Of a stretch of 64,000 nucleotides of DNA, positions 39,876 to 49,941 are shown in pieces (within the stretch, counting starts at the first letter, position 1; each line of letters opens with the position of its first letter). A program made the position numbers and the translations under genes. The notes beneath the pieces were generated by a model. The model was not told the origin of the DNA and did not search any database. It saw nothing but the letters and a program-made list of their open reading frames with translations. The stretch is from an uncultured Bacilli bacterium (lineage in GTDB: Bacteria; Bacillota_I; Bacilli_A; RFN20; CAG-449): positions 12,482-76,481 of the forward strand of contig CALVJO010000003.1 in the NCBI GenBank assembly GCA_944332225.1. Reading direction: 5' to 3'.

Positions 39876-41285
39876 ATGAATTTATTTAAAAAATTACCAG
39901 ATAATTTTTTCTCTCTACTAGCCTCGAAGAATAAAAATGTCTACGGGATGGCTTTGCTTGTCCTGTATGATGCATTAAGCATGTATCGCGACAAAATTAG
40001 AAGAAGCGATTATGTTAGTTTGTTAAAAAATAGGCTCAGCGAAGAGATGTCTGATTTTGTTGAAGAAGATGAAAATCCGTTTGAAGATAAGGCTTCTTTA
40101 ATCGTTAGAAGATTAATAGAAACCGGATGGATCTATATTGATTATGATCCTGCCTTCATGACTGAATTTATTTTATTACCATCATATTCAGTCAACATGC
40201 TAAAAGTAATTAATGAATTTGCTTCATCAAGTCAGTCTAATTACGTCTCATACGTTCATACGACTTATGCGGACTTAAAAATTGAAGATGATTCACAAGA
40301 TGAATCGATGTATAAAGTTCTAGAAAATGCTTATCATAACACCCAACTTTTAGCCGTTGAGGTTATTAAGCTCGATCATTCTTTAAGAGTTTATAAACAT
40401 CAGTTAGGAAGCTTATATAATCCAAATGATGTTTTAAGACAGCATTTTGATATTTCTAGAGAAGATGTGATCGATCCGATTTACCATCCATTGAAGACTC
40501 ATGATTCGATAACTTTGTATCAAGGTCCGATTTCAGCGATTCTAAAAAAATGGCTCGAGGTCGATTCGGTTAGAGAAAAATTAATTGAACAATGCTTAAA
40601 AGAAAATCGAGATGTTAAAAATCGTTCTCAAGCGACTTCTTTGATCGTGAAGATGATAACTGAGATTCAGGATACATACTTTAAATTAGCAAATGAAATC
40701 AATAAAATCGATGTTGTTCAATCTGAATATGTTAAAGCCTCATCTGATAAAGTTATCTTTTTGAACAATCAAGATCGTTCCGTCAAAGGAAAATTAGAAA
40801 AGATAATCGCTGTTTTAGCCCGTAATATCAATGGCCCAGAAGAGACAAGAAAAGATTTTAATATCGTTAAATCTTTTGTTTCTTCAATCAAGTTATATAC
40901 TCAAGGATATTACGATAGCGATTCGCTTCGTTTCCCTTATTCAAGAAGTGAAAAGATCATAAGCGAGCCATTATCACTTTCTGATGATGATTATGAATTC
41001 AATGAAGATGCCTTCCTCTCTTCTCTTGAGGAAAACAAAAAGTTTTCAGATGATAATATCATGGCGTTCATGGCTTCGCAATTTAAGGGAAATGATTCAG
41101 TCGAAGTTAAGGATATGGAAATTAACTCGATGGATGATTTCTTATATTTGATTTTAGGAACTGTCAAGTTTGATTATGCTTCATCTTTCTATACTTTAGA
41201 AAGAGAGGATAAGCTTGATGTTAATATTCAATTAAATTCTAAAGTTAATGCGCCTAACTACACTTATAGAAAGAAGGAGAAATAG
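39876..41285 (+). CDS. Putative kleisin-like subunit (JetA/MksF-like) of an SMC-type complex
   Basis: 469-aa acidic soluble protein. First gene of a tightly coupled 469/207/1118-aa cassette whose sizes and order match JetA-JetB-JetC / MksF-MksE-MksB. Family is inferred from context only. Confidence 0.4.
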   Translation: MNLFKKLPDNFFSLLASKNKNVYGMALLVLYDALSMYRDKIRRSDYVSLLKNRLSEEMSDFVEEDENPFEDKASLIVRRLIETGWIYIDYDPAFMTEFILLPSYSVNMLKVINEFASSSQSNYVSYVHTTYADLKIEDDSQDESMYKVLENAYHNTQLLAVEVIKLDHSLRVYKHQLGSLYNPNDVLRQHFDISREDVIDPIYHPLKTHDSITLYQGPISAILKKWLEVDSVREKLIEQCLKENRDVKNRSQATSLIVKMITEIQDTYFKLANEINKIDVVQSEYVKASSDKVIFLNNQDRSVKGKLEKIIAVLARNINGPEETRKDFNIVKSFVSSIKLYTQGYYDSDSLRFPYSRSEKIISEPLSLSDDDYEFNEDAFLSSLEENKKFSDDNIMAFMASQFKGNDSVEVKDMEINSMDDFLYLILGTVKFDYASSFYTLEREDKLDVNIQLNSKVNAPNYTYRKKEK

Positions 41286-41909
41286 ATGCTAGAAGAATAT
41301 AATAATTTACGAGATATCGAAAAAGAAGAATTTGCTCATGTGGTAAATACCTTGCTTTTAAAAAGTTTTATTTTGAGAGATTACTATGATCGTAACGCGA
41401 AGATGACGCGCGCTTCAAAAGAATATACTTTCATCGAAAGAAATTTTGATTTAGTTTCTGATTATCTTCATCTCTCAGGATGGATTCTTGAAAAAGATTC
41501 CTCTAGGGGAGTCATCTCAATTAAAAATGAGTATCAAGAGAACCATCTTAAACTTGATTTAATCACTTCTTTAATGATTTTAGGCTTACGTTATTACTAT
41601 GAAACTAATTCTTCTACTGATGCCTTGCATGCGATGGTTCAACTTTCTTCTCAAGATTTAGTTACCATTTTAATTAACTTTAATTTGATTAGAAAAGATA
41701 AAAGACCATCATATGCTTCTTTAGGAGCCTCTTATCGTTTTCTTGAGCAGCATAATATCATTACAAGAATATCCGGAGATTTTAAAGAGAAGAATTTAAC
41801 ATTCTATATCAATCCTTCAATTGTCTTTGTCGTCGATTATGAAGTAATTCAATCATTATACAAAGAGATTGAACGAGCACCTGATGAGTTTATGGGGGAT
41901 AACTTATGA
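41286..41909 (+). CDS. Putative MukE/JetB/MksE-like subunit
   Basis: 207 aa. Start abuts the upstream stop and the stop overlaps the downstream start (ATGA). Size and position match MksE/JetB. Confidence 0.4.
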   Translation: MLEEYNNLRDIEKEEFAHVVNTLLLKSFILRDYYDRNAKMTRASKEYTFIERNFDLVSDYLHLSGWILEKDSSRGVISIKNEYQENHLKLDLITSLMILGLRYYYETNSSTDALHAMVQLSSQDLVTILINFNLIRKDKRPSYASLGASYRFLEQHNIITRISGDFKEKNLTFYINPSIVFVVDYEVIQSLYKEIERAPDEFMGDNL

Positions 41910-44900
41910 AAAAACTAACTAAATTTAGATTGATCAATTGGCATTATTTTCAAAATATTGAAGTAAAATTTGGAATGATCAACTTTCTAACCGGGGTCAC
42001 CGCGGCTGGAAAATCAACCATGATCGACGCGATGCAGGTTATTTTATTAGGTGATACTTTAGGTAGGTCATTTAATAAGGCGGCGAATGAGAAATCTTCG
42101 CGTACTTTAAAAGGATACCTTCGTTGCGAAGTCGGAGACAATCCTGATGGATCGACTCGTTATTTAAGAAATGGTAGATTCACTTCCTATATCGCAATGG
42201 AATTTTATGATGATGTCGCGGAGCATCCGTTCTCTATCGGTATCGTCTTTGATGTCTTTGATGATGGAAGCGAGCAACATAAATTCTTCTATTTAGATGA
42301 TGGGTTCCCAGAGAATCATTTTATTGAAGATAAGATTCCTCTTTCTTATAAGAGCTTAGCTGAGTATCTTCAAGTTAATTATCCGGGAAAATATACTTTC
42401 TTTGATACTTCGGTTAGATATCGAGAGATGATCAAAGAGAAGTTTGGTAACTTAAAAGATAAATATTTTAGCTTATTTAAAAAAGCTGTCTCTTTCCAAC
42501 CTATCTCTGATATTGAGCAATTCATCACTGAATATGTCTGCGATGTTCCATCTCAAATCAATATCGATTCGATGAATGAAAATATTAAATCTTATGAAAG
42601 ATTGAAGATTCAAGCTGATGATATGCGAATTAAAATCGCTGCATTAGAGAAGATTCAAGCTGTTTATTCTAAGATCGTTGAAAAGAGAAATGAGCAAAAT
42701 TTAGCTTCTTATATTTCGAAAAGAACTAATTTAGAGATTATTAGACAGAGAATTGATAACTTGCATAAAGAAAAATTTTCATGCGAAGCTAGAATTCAAG
42801 AAATCGAACAAGAGATCATTGAAATTGATACCCAAATTAATGATTTAAATAACTCTAAAGAAAGATTGATCGCTCATAAGTTTTCTAATGATTCATATAA
42901 ATTGAATCAGGAATTAGAGAATGCTTATGAAGAAAGCAAACGAAAGATGGAAGAGATCCAATCTCGGTTGAACTCTTTATATAAAAATATCACCGTCTAC
43001 TGTAATCAGTTTTATGGCTATGCGACAAAAGTTAATGTCTTAGCCGATAAAGCTAGAGAAAATATCGATGATGCTTCATTAGAGGATTCTTTAAAGCATC
43101 TATCTCTTGAATCAATCAATTTGATTAGAAAATTAGATGAATTAAAGGACGCGATTACTTCTTATTCTTTAACTGAAGATGATTTTAAAGTTTTCTCTAA
43201 GGCGATTATCGATTTTAAAAATGTAATGATCGAAGAATACGCGGTGGTAAGAAATATTGTTGGAAAAATCATCAATCAACTTTCTCAACAAAAACAAATC
43301 TTACAAACTTCTTCTTCAGGTAAATATTATGATGAAGCTTTCTTAAGAGTGAAAAATCAGCTTTCGATTGCTCTAGAAGACCATTTCCATAAGAAAGTAG
43401 ATGTCTCAGTTTATGCTGATTTAGTTGATATCAAAGATAAATCTTGGACTAACGCGATTGAAGCTTATATCTATTCTCAAAAGATTTATATGTTCGTCGA
43501 TGATGAATATTATCTCTATGCCAATAAGATTTTACCTTCAATCATGCGCAATAATCGCTTCACGAGAACCGGTTTAGTCGACTCTAGAAAATTAAGAGAA
43601 AAGAATTTTATATCTTCTCAAGATTCTTTAGCGGAAGAAATCATAACCGACCATCAAGGCGCGAGAGATTACACGAATTATCTATTAGGTAATTTAAAGA
43701 AATGCGATACCTTTGAAGAAGCCCGTGAATCAGGAAGAGGTATTTTAAAAACCTGTCAAGGATATCAAAACTTTACCTCATTCTATTTTGATGAAGGGCG
43801 TTATCGTTATCCTTTAATCGGAAGAAAAGTAACAAAAGAAGATAGAGAAAAACGTTTGAGATCTCTTGAAAAAGAAAGTCTTTCTTTAGAAGCATTAAAA
43901 GAATTAAACGATACTTTAGCTCTTTCTAAATCGATGGAAGTCATGTCAACTTCCGAGCAACAAATGTGTATTGAAGGTTTATCTAGCGGCTTCTTACTCG
44001 ATAATTTAAAGAAGAATGTCGAGCAATATCGTCAGGAAATCGAAGATAATTCCTCTCAAGATATCAAAACTATCGATAACAAGATTAAAAATATCGACTC
44101 CGATATCTCAACTTTAAATAAGCGTAAAGAAGAGTTGATAACCGAAAAAGGATCATTAGACAACCAAATCAAGAATATTCAAGAAGATCGCTTGAAACAA
44201 GAAACTCAACGACAAGTCGATATCGATAATGAAATCAATGATTCATTTGACCATGATTTTATCGAAGGAGTTTGTAAAACTACCTACGATCAAGAGATTT
44301 TAACTTCGAATATTCCTTCTATAAGAGCTAAATACGATGAAATATATTCTAAAGCTCAATACTCATTACGTAATTTAAAAGAAGAGATTAAGGATTTAAG
44401 AACTACATATGTGGTAACTAATAAGCTATCTTATGATATTTCAAAAGAAGATAACTCTGATTTTGATAATGAATTATATCATTTAAGAGAGATTGAATTA
44501 CCAAAATATCTCATTCAAATTCAAGATGCTTACGATAAAGCTGTCAGCGAATTTAAAAATGATTTCATCGTTAAACTAAGAACATCTATCGTAGAAGCTA
44601 GAATTCAAATTAATGAATTGAATCAAGCTTTAAAAGATTTTAAATTCGGTAACGACGTCTTTGAATTCACCGTATCACCTAACCCTCAATATATCGATTA
44701 TTATAATATGATCACCGATGAGACTTTATTAGAAGGTGGTATCGATGATTCTCAGTTCTTAGCTAAGTATCAAGATGTCATGGATAGTTTATTTAGGCTT
44801 ATTTCTGATGATGGAGGAAGCAAGGATCGTTCCGGGAAGGTGGAACAAAATATTCTTAAATACACAGACTTCAAGTCATATTTATTCTTTGATTTAAAGA

Positions 44901-45262
44901 TTAAAAAGCCTGATGGTTCGATAAATTCCTTATCTAGAAATATTAAAAAGGCTTCAGGAGGTGAAACTCAAACACCTTTCTATATCTCAATATTAGCCTC
45001 ATTTAGCCAACTTTATCGGGTGAATTCCTCACCTTCATTATCAAATTGCATCAGATTAGTGCTTTTCGATGAAGCTTTTTCAAAAATGGATAGAAATAGA
45101 ATCATCGAATCTATTAAAATATTAAAAGATTTTGGCTTACAAGCCATCATCTCTGCTCCACCTGAGAAAGTTAATGATATCTCATCATTAGTTGATTCAA
45201 ACTTAACAGTTACTAGAACCAACAATATTTCTCACGTCGACAGCTTTGTTTATAAGGAGTAA
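41906..45262 (+). CDS. MukB/JetC/MksB-like SMC ATPase
   Basis: N-terminal FRLINWHYFQNIEVKF...FLTGVTAAGKST (compare MukB LTLINWNGFF...LSGGNGAGKST). ~800 aa of heptad-rich coiled coil. C-terminal signature ASGGETQ, Walker B LVLFDEAFSKMD, D-loop. Confidence 0.75.
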   Translation: MKKLTKFRLINWHYFQNIEVKFGMINFLTGVTAAGKSTMIDAMQVILLGDTLGRSFNKAANEKSSRTLKGYLRCEVGDNPDGSTRYLRNGRFTSYIAMEFYDDVAEHPFSIGIVFDVFDDGSEQHKFFYLDDGFPENHFIEDKIPLSYKSLAEYLQVNYPGKYTFFDTSVRYREMIKEKFGNLKDKYFSLFKKAVSFQPISDIEQFITEYVCDVPSQINIDSMNENIKSYERLKIQADDMRIKIAALEKIQAVYSKIVEKRNEQNLASYISKRTNLEIIRQRIDNLHKEKFSCEARIQEIEQEIIEIDTQINDLNNSKERLIAHKFSNDSYKLNQELENAYEESKRKMEEIQSRLNSLYKNITVYCNQFYGYATKVNVLADKARENIDDASLEDSLKHLSLESINLIRKLDELKDAITSYSLTEDDFKVFSKAIIDFKNVMIEEYAVVRNIVGKIINQLSQQKQILQTSSSGKYYDEAFLRVKNQLSIALEDHFHKKVDVSVYADLVDIKDKSWTNAIEAYIYSQKIYMFVDDEYYLYANKILPSIMRNNRFTRTGLVDSRKLREKNFISSQDSLAEEIITDHQGARDYTNYLLGNLKKCDTFEEARESGRGILKTCQGYQNFTSFYFDEGRYRYPLIGRKVTKEDREKRLRSLEKESLSLEALKELNDTLALSKSMEVMSTSEQQMCIEGLSSGFLLDNLKKNVEQYRQEIEDNSSQDIKTIDNKIKNIDSDISTLNKRKEELITEKGSLDNQIKNIQEDRLKQETQRQVDIDNEINDSFDHDFIEGVCKTTYDQEILTSNIPSIRAKYDEIYSKAQYSLRNLKEEIKDLRTTYVVTNKLSYDISKEDNSDFDNELYHLREIELPKYLIQIQDAYDKAVSEFKNDFIVKLRTSIVEARIQINELNQALKDFKFGNDVFEFTVSPNPQYIDYYNMITDETLLEGGIDDSQFLAKYQDVMDSLFRLISDDGGSKDRSGKVEQNILKYTDFKSYLFFDLKIKKPDGSINSLSRNIKKASGGETQTPFYISILASFSQLYRVNSSPSLSNCIRLVLFDEAFSKMDRNRIIESIKILKDFGLQAIISAPPEKVNDISSLVDSNLTVTRTNNISHVDSFVYKE

Positions 45263-45263
45263 T

Positions 45264-45740
45264 ATGGATTTAACGTGTTCTTTAATTTATCTTGCAATAT
45301 TCCTATTGATCTTAATCATTGTATTTTTTATCCTGCAATTGCTATTTAGAAGGACGCGTTTAATCACGGTTTTCTTTGGTATCTTACTTTTATCAAATTT
45401 AACCTTATTAGCTATCAATAATTGGTTTGGAGATATATTTAATGTAGTAATCGATCAAAATAATAATCTTACCGTCAATGTTGATTTCTTACTTTACTGT
45501 ACAAAAAATGTCTTAACTATTATTTCTCTACCGATTACTTTATTTCATACTTTATTCACCAGCGTCATTTTAAATATCTTCTCTACTTTCATGGAAGATA
45601 TTCAGATAGTCTATGATATTTTATCTTGGAATAATTATTATATGCTAGTTTTCTATCTAGTGATGTTCGTTCTCTGCTTGATTCTCTTTAGAAAAAAGAA
45701 AAAGAGAAAATCTTTAGCTAATTCACGTTATGATGATTAA
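45264..45740 (+). CDS. Hypothetical polytopic membrane protein (4 predicted TM)
   Basis: ATG at 45264 with AAGGAG SD right after the JetC-like stop. Four hydrophobic helices, basic C-terminus KKKKRK. Confidence 0.45.
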   Translation: MDLTCSLIYLAIFLLILIIVFFILQLLFRRTRLITVFFGILLLSNLTLLAINNWFGDIFNVVIDQNNNLTVNVDFLLYCTKNVLTIISLPITLFHTLFTSVILNIFSTFMEDIQIVYDILSWNNYYMLVFYLVMFVLCLILFRKKKKRKSLANSRYDD

Positions 45741-45742
45741 TA

Positions 45743-46639
45743 ATGGAGAAGTTTGATTTAAGGTTAGATCAATTAAAATATCAAAAAGTCTCGTCGTTTT
45801 TAAGATTGGTGATCTTCTTTGCTTTAGGCAATGTTTTATTGATTATCATCGTGCAGATCATCAATTTTATCATTTATCGACAAGACTTTTTTATCTTCGA
45901 TGATTTTGTCTTCTTTGCTTTTGGTCTTGGAGAGATTCCTTTAATTATTCTACTTATAATTTATTATGTGTATCTCGATAGAAAGTTCATTAATAATTAT
46001 GTTGAAACTCTGATATCCGAAGTTAGATTAGAAGATATATATTTTTTGAAAAATACTCCACCTAAGCAGGAAGAATTAATTAATCATTTAAAGAAAATAT
46101 TCTTTTTAAAGAAAATTGATTATTACCAAGGATATTCTTTAGCCTCGACTTCTCTAGCTATCGATTTATTTAATGTTAAATATAACGATAATATAAAGGT
46201 AAATAAAGGAATGTTAATCATCTTAAATTTCAATATTGATAAAGATTTATTCCTTCAGATTTGTAAAGAGAATTTCTATGCATCGCGATATTATGAAAAT
46301 GATGAGATTAATCGTTATGGATTTAACAATAAAAATAAAGTTTTGACTTATAATGTCTATTCTAATTCAAACTATGTATATTCAATCATCTCTAATGAAG
46401 GAAAAAAATATTTTAAAAATTTAATTAATTACTTAAAATCGGAAGTTAATATCGTTTTAGATGATGGAACATTATTTATTTTAGTAAAAAAATTTAAAAT
46501 TAAGACTTACAATCATCTCTACAAATTCATCACCAGCGAAGTCTTCGATGAAAAAATCTTAGCTATAAAGCATCTAAATGACTATCTATTTGAATTAGCT
46601 AACTATTTACAAAAGCTTCTCGAAAATTTTGAAAAATAA
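45743..46639 (+). CDS. Hypothetical membrane-anchored protein (2 N-terminal TM + ~200-aa soluble domain)
   Basis: Start overlaps the previous stop (TAATG), same operon. No recognised motif. Confidence 0.45.
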   Translation: MEKFDLRLDQLKYQKVSSFLRLVIFFALGNVLLIIIVQIINFIIYRQDFFIFDDFVFFAFGLGEIPLIILLIIYYVYLDRKFINNYVETLISEVRLEDIYFLKNTPPKQEELINHLKKIFFLKKIDYYQGYSLASTSLAIDLFNVKYNDNIKVNKGMLIILNFNIDKDLFLQICKENFYASRYYENDEINRYGFNNKNKVLTYNVYSNSNYVYSIISNEGKKYFKNLINYLKSEVNIVLDDGTLFILVKKFKIKTYNHLYKFITSEVFDEKILAIKHLNDYLFELANYLQKLLENFEK

Positions 46640-46718
46640 CTTTATAAAAATTATCATTTATTGAAACGGACAATTAACTATTTTATAATCTTTAAGGAAA
46701 TCGAAAGGATTGGTTTTT

Positions 46719-49121
46719 ATGGGTTACGATTATCAAAGAATTGAACAAAAATGGCAAAAATATTGGGAGGAAAACAACACATATCTCGTTGATATGTATG
46801 ATTTTTCTAAGCCTAAATACTATGTATTAGATATGTTTCCATATCCTTCTGGTCAAGGATTGCATGTTGGCCATCCTGAAGGATACACAGCGACTGATAT
46901 TGTTAGCAGAATGAAAAGAATGCAAGGATATAATGTCTTGCATCCGATGGGATTTGATGCCTTCGGTCTTCCAGCTGAGCAGTATGCTTTAAATACCGGG
47001 CATCATCCAAAAGAATTCACATATCATAATATCGATCATTTTAGAGAGCAGATGAAGAGCTTAGGTTTCTCTTATGATTGGTCTAAAGAAATTAGAACTA
47101 CCGATGAAGATTATTATAAATGGACTCAATGGATCTTCATCAAGATGTTTAATGCAGGTTTAGCCGAGCTTAAGAAGATTCCGGTTAATTATTGTCCTGC
47201 ACTTGGAACAGTTTTAGCAAACGAAGAAGTAATCGATGGAAAGTCAGAAAGAGGCGGCTATCCAGTTATTCGTAAACCGATGGCCCAATGGGTTTTAAAG
47301 ATCACCGCCTATGCTGATAAATTATTAGAAGATTTAGATACATTAGATTGGCCTGAATCAACCTTAGAGATGCAAAGAAACTGGATCGGTAGAAGCGAAG
47401 GAACTGAAGTTGATTTTAATGTTGAAAACACAAATTACTATTTCACGGTTTTTACTACAAGAGCTGATACCTTATTTGGTTGCTCCTACTGCGTTTTAGC
47501 CCCTGAGCATCCTTTAGTTAATAAAATTGTGACTGAAGGACAAAGAAAAGAAGTAGAAGAGTATATTAAAATTTGCCAAGCTAAGTCTGATATGGAAAGA
47601 ACTGAGCTTAATAAAGATAAAAGCGGAGTCTTTTTAGGAGTCTATGCGATTAATCCTATCAATAATAAAAGAGTTCCAATTTTTATCGGTGATTACGTAT
47701 TAGCTTCCTATGGTAGCGGAGCCGTTATGGCGGTTCCTTGCCATGATCAAAGAGACTATGAATTTGCCTCAAAATATCATCTAGAGATGATTCAAGTCTT
47801 AGAAGGCGATGTTTCCTCCTCAGCTTTTGAAGGAGATTCCAAGCATATTAATTCTTCTTTCATCGATGGAATGTATATTAAAGAAGCTAGAAATAAAGTA
47901 ACTGAATATCTAGAATCAATCAAAAAAGGTAGAAGAAAAGTAAACTATCGTCTTAGAGATTGGTTGTTCTCCCGTCAAAGATACTGGGGTGAACCGATTC
48001 CTCTAGTTCATTTAGAAGATGGAAGAATAGTCGCTCTAAGCGAAGATGAATTACCTTTAACTTTACCTGAAGTACCATCTTTTAAACCTTCTGATGACGG
48101 AGAGTCACCTCTTGCCCATGCAAAAGATTGGTTGGAAGTAACCATTGACGGAGTTAAAGGAAGAAGAGAAACTAACACGATGCCTCAATGGGCGGGATCT
48201 TGCTGGTACTATATTCGTTATTTAGATCCTCATAATAATAAATGCCTTGCTGATCCAAAATTAATTGAGCATTGGCTGCCGGTTGATTTATATGTTGGAG
48301 GAGCTGAGCACGCAGTTTTACATCTTCTATACGCGCGTTTTTGGCATAAATTCTTATATGATATCGATATAGTTAAGTGCAAAGAACCTTTCAAAAAATT
48401 ATTCCATCAAGGAATGATTCTTGGAGAGAATGGAGAAAAGATGTCTAAATCTCGGGGAAACGTAGTTAACCCAGATGAAATCGTTAAAAATTACGGCGCG
48501 GATTCATTAAGATTCTATGAGATGTTCATGGGTCCTTTAGAAGCATCTTTACCATGGTCAATGAATGGTCTTGATGGGTCTAAAAGATTCTTAGACAGAG
48601 TTTATCGTCTCTTCACCGAAAAAGAATTTACCGATAAAATTACCGATCAAAATGATGGAAGCTTAGATTATATCTATAACTATTCTGTGAAGAAGATAAC
48701 TCAAGATTTTGAAACTCTTCAATTTAACACCGGGTTATCTCAGATGATGATCTTTATTAATGAATGCTATAAAGCTCAAAGTATCTATAAAGATTATCTT
48801 TTAGGATTCGTTAAGATGTTCTTTACAGTTTGCCCTCATCTTGGAGAAGAATTATATAATTTATTAGGCTATCAAGGAATCATCGATTTTGAGCCATGGC
48901 CAACATATGATGAAAGCAAAACTAGCAAGAAGACAATTGGAATCGGTGTTCAGATTAACGGAAAGCTTCGTTCATCGATTGAAGTCAATCTCGATGAGGA
49001 TCCTGAAGTTTTAAAAACTAAAGCTTTAAATGATCCAACAATCAAACAAAAATTAGAAAATTTAACGATAATTAAGGTAATCGCGATTAAAAATAAGATT
49101 GTTAATATCGTTGCAAAGTAA
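46719..49121 (+). CDS. leuS: Leucyl-tRNA synthetase
   Basis: [20 protein letters not shown]-type [21 protein letters not shown] at 46719; the ORF-track start is a TTG at 46710. Confidence 0.9.
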   Translation: MGYDYQRIEQKWQKYWEENNTYLVDMYDFSKPKYYVLDMFPYPSGQGLHVGHPEGYTATDIVSRMKRMQGYNVLHPMGFDAFGLPAEQYALNTGHHPKEFTYHNIDHFREQMKSLGFSYDWSKEIRTTDEDYYKWTQWIFIKMFNAGLAELKKIPVNYCPALGTVLANEEVIDGKSERGGYPVIRKPMAQWVLKITAYADKLLEDLDTLDWPESTLEMQRNWIGRSEGTEVDFNVENTNYYFTVFTTRADTLFGCSYCVLAPEHPLVNKIVTEGQRKEVEEYIKICQAKSDMERTELNKDKSGVFLGVYAINPINNKRVPIFIGDYVLASYGSGAVMAVPCHDQRDYEFASKYHLEMIQVLEGDVSSSAFEGDSKHINSSFIDGMYIKEARNKVTEYLESIKKGRRKVNYRLRDWLFSRQRYWGEPIPLVHLEDGRIVALSEDELPLTLPEVPSFKPSDDGESPLAHAKDWLEVTIDGVKGRRETNTMPQWAGSCWYYIRYLDPHNNKCLADPKLIEHWLPVDLYVGGAEHAVLHLLYARFWHKFLYDIDIVKCKEPFKKLFHQGMILGENGEKMSKSRGNVVNPDEIVKNYGADSLRFYEMFMGPLEASLPWSMNGLDGSKRFLDRVYRLFTEKEFTDKITDQNDGSLDYIYNYSVKKITQDFETLQFNTGLSQMMIFINECYKAQSIYKDYLLGFVKMFFTVCPHLGEELYNLLGYQGIIDFEPWPTYDESKTSKKTIGIGVQINGKLRSSIEVNLDEDPEVLKTKALNDPTIKQKLENLTIIKVIAIKNKIVNIVAK

Positions 49122-49172
49122 AATGTTGTTTATCTTTTTAAAGGTAAATGATAATATAAAGAAGAGGTCAAT

Positions 49173-49508
49173 ATGCAGGAATACGTTTACATTCAAAATT
49201 ACGCGAAAAGAGGGACTTTAGCTATTTCTGAGTCTGTTTTTGACGAGATTGTTTCAATCGCGGTAAGTAAAATTAATGGAGTAAAAGTTAAGAAGAATCA
49301 AAATAATTTTATCTTTTCCTTGCATAAACCAATTGTATGCGAGATTAAAAACGGGCAATTAATTGTTGATTTACAAGTGATTATTTCATCTCAAGTTTCT
49401 GTCAATGAAGTATGCATGGCCTTGCAAGAAGAAATTGCCTACGCGATATCGTCGATGACTGAATTTATCCCGTTCTCGGTAAATGTTAAAGTTATGGGGA
49501 TTGAATAA
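49173..49508 (+). CDS. Asp23/Gls24-family (alkaline shock) protein, YqhY-like
   Basis: GTLAISESVFDEIVSIAVSKINGVKV resembles the Asp23 N-terminal consensus. Position upstream of nusB as in B. subtilis yqhY. Confidence 0.5.
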   Translation: MQEYVYIQNYAKRGTLAISESVFDEIVSIAVSKINGVKVKKNQNNFIFSLHKPIVCEIKNGQLIVDLQVIISSQVSVNEVCMALQEEIAYAISSMTEFIPFSVNVKVMGIE

Positions 49509-49533
49509 ATCCTCATTTTTTTGGAAATATATT

Positions 49534-49941
49534 ATGGAACTTACAAGAAATAAAGAACAAGAACAAGTGATGTTCATCATCTATCAATCATTATTCATGT
49601 CTAGATTGGGAAGCGAAGTCAATATCGTTAATTTGATCGAAGAACAGATGGATTGCCCTATTGAGGAAGTTTCTATTTTTATCAAGGAAACTGTAGTTAA
49701 GATTTTGCTTCATTCTAAAGAGATTCATGAGATTATAGTTTCTCATCTTAAAAATTGGTCCTATGAGAGAATGAATCTTGTTTTAATCGCAATTTTATAT
49801 CTAGCTATTGGCGAATATAATTATATTAAAGAGATATCAAAAAATGCGATGATTGATGTCGCGATTAAGCTCACCAAGAAATATTGCTCAGAGAAAGACT
49901 ACAAATTTGTAAACGCCTTACTTGATCGGGTGTTAGATTAA
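49534..49941 (+). CDS. nusB: Transcription antitermination factor NusB
   Basis: ~135 aa all-helical, N-terminal RNKEQEQVMFIIYQ resembles NusB RR.ARE.A.Q.LYQ. yqhY-nusB-xseA synteny. ATG at 49534. Confidence 0.65.
   Translation: MELTRNKEQEQVMFIIYQSLFMSRLGSEVNIVNLIEEQMDCPIEEVSIFIKETVVKILLHSKEIHEIIVSHLKNWSYERMNLVLIAILYLAIGEYNYIKEISKNAMIDVAIKLTKKYCSEKDYKFVNALLDRVLD

Noticed and set aside
45743-46639. Asked whether the 298-aa protein could be a degenerate JetD/Toprim nuclease (it contains a VLDDGTLF stretch).
   Set aside because: No upstream conserved Glu or DxD spacing consistent with Toprim, and two N-terminal TM helices are unlike JetD. Left as a hypothetical membrane protein pending profile searches.
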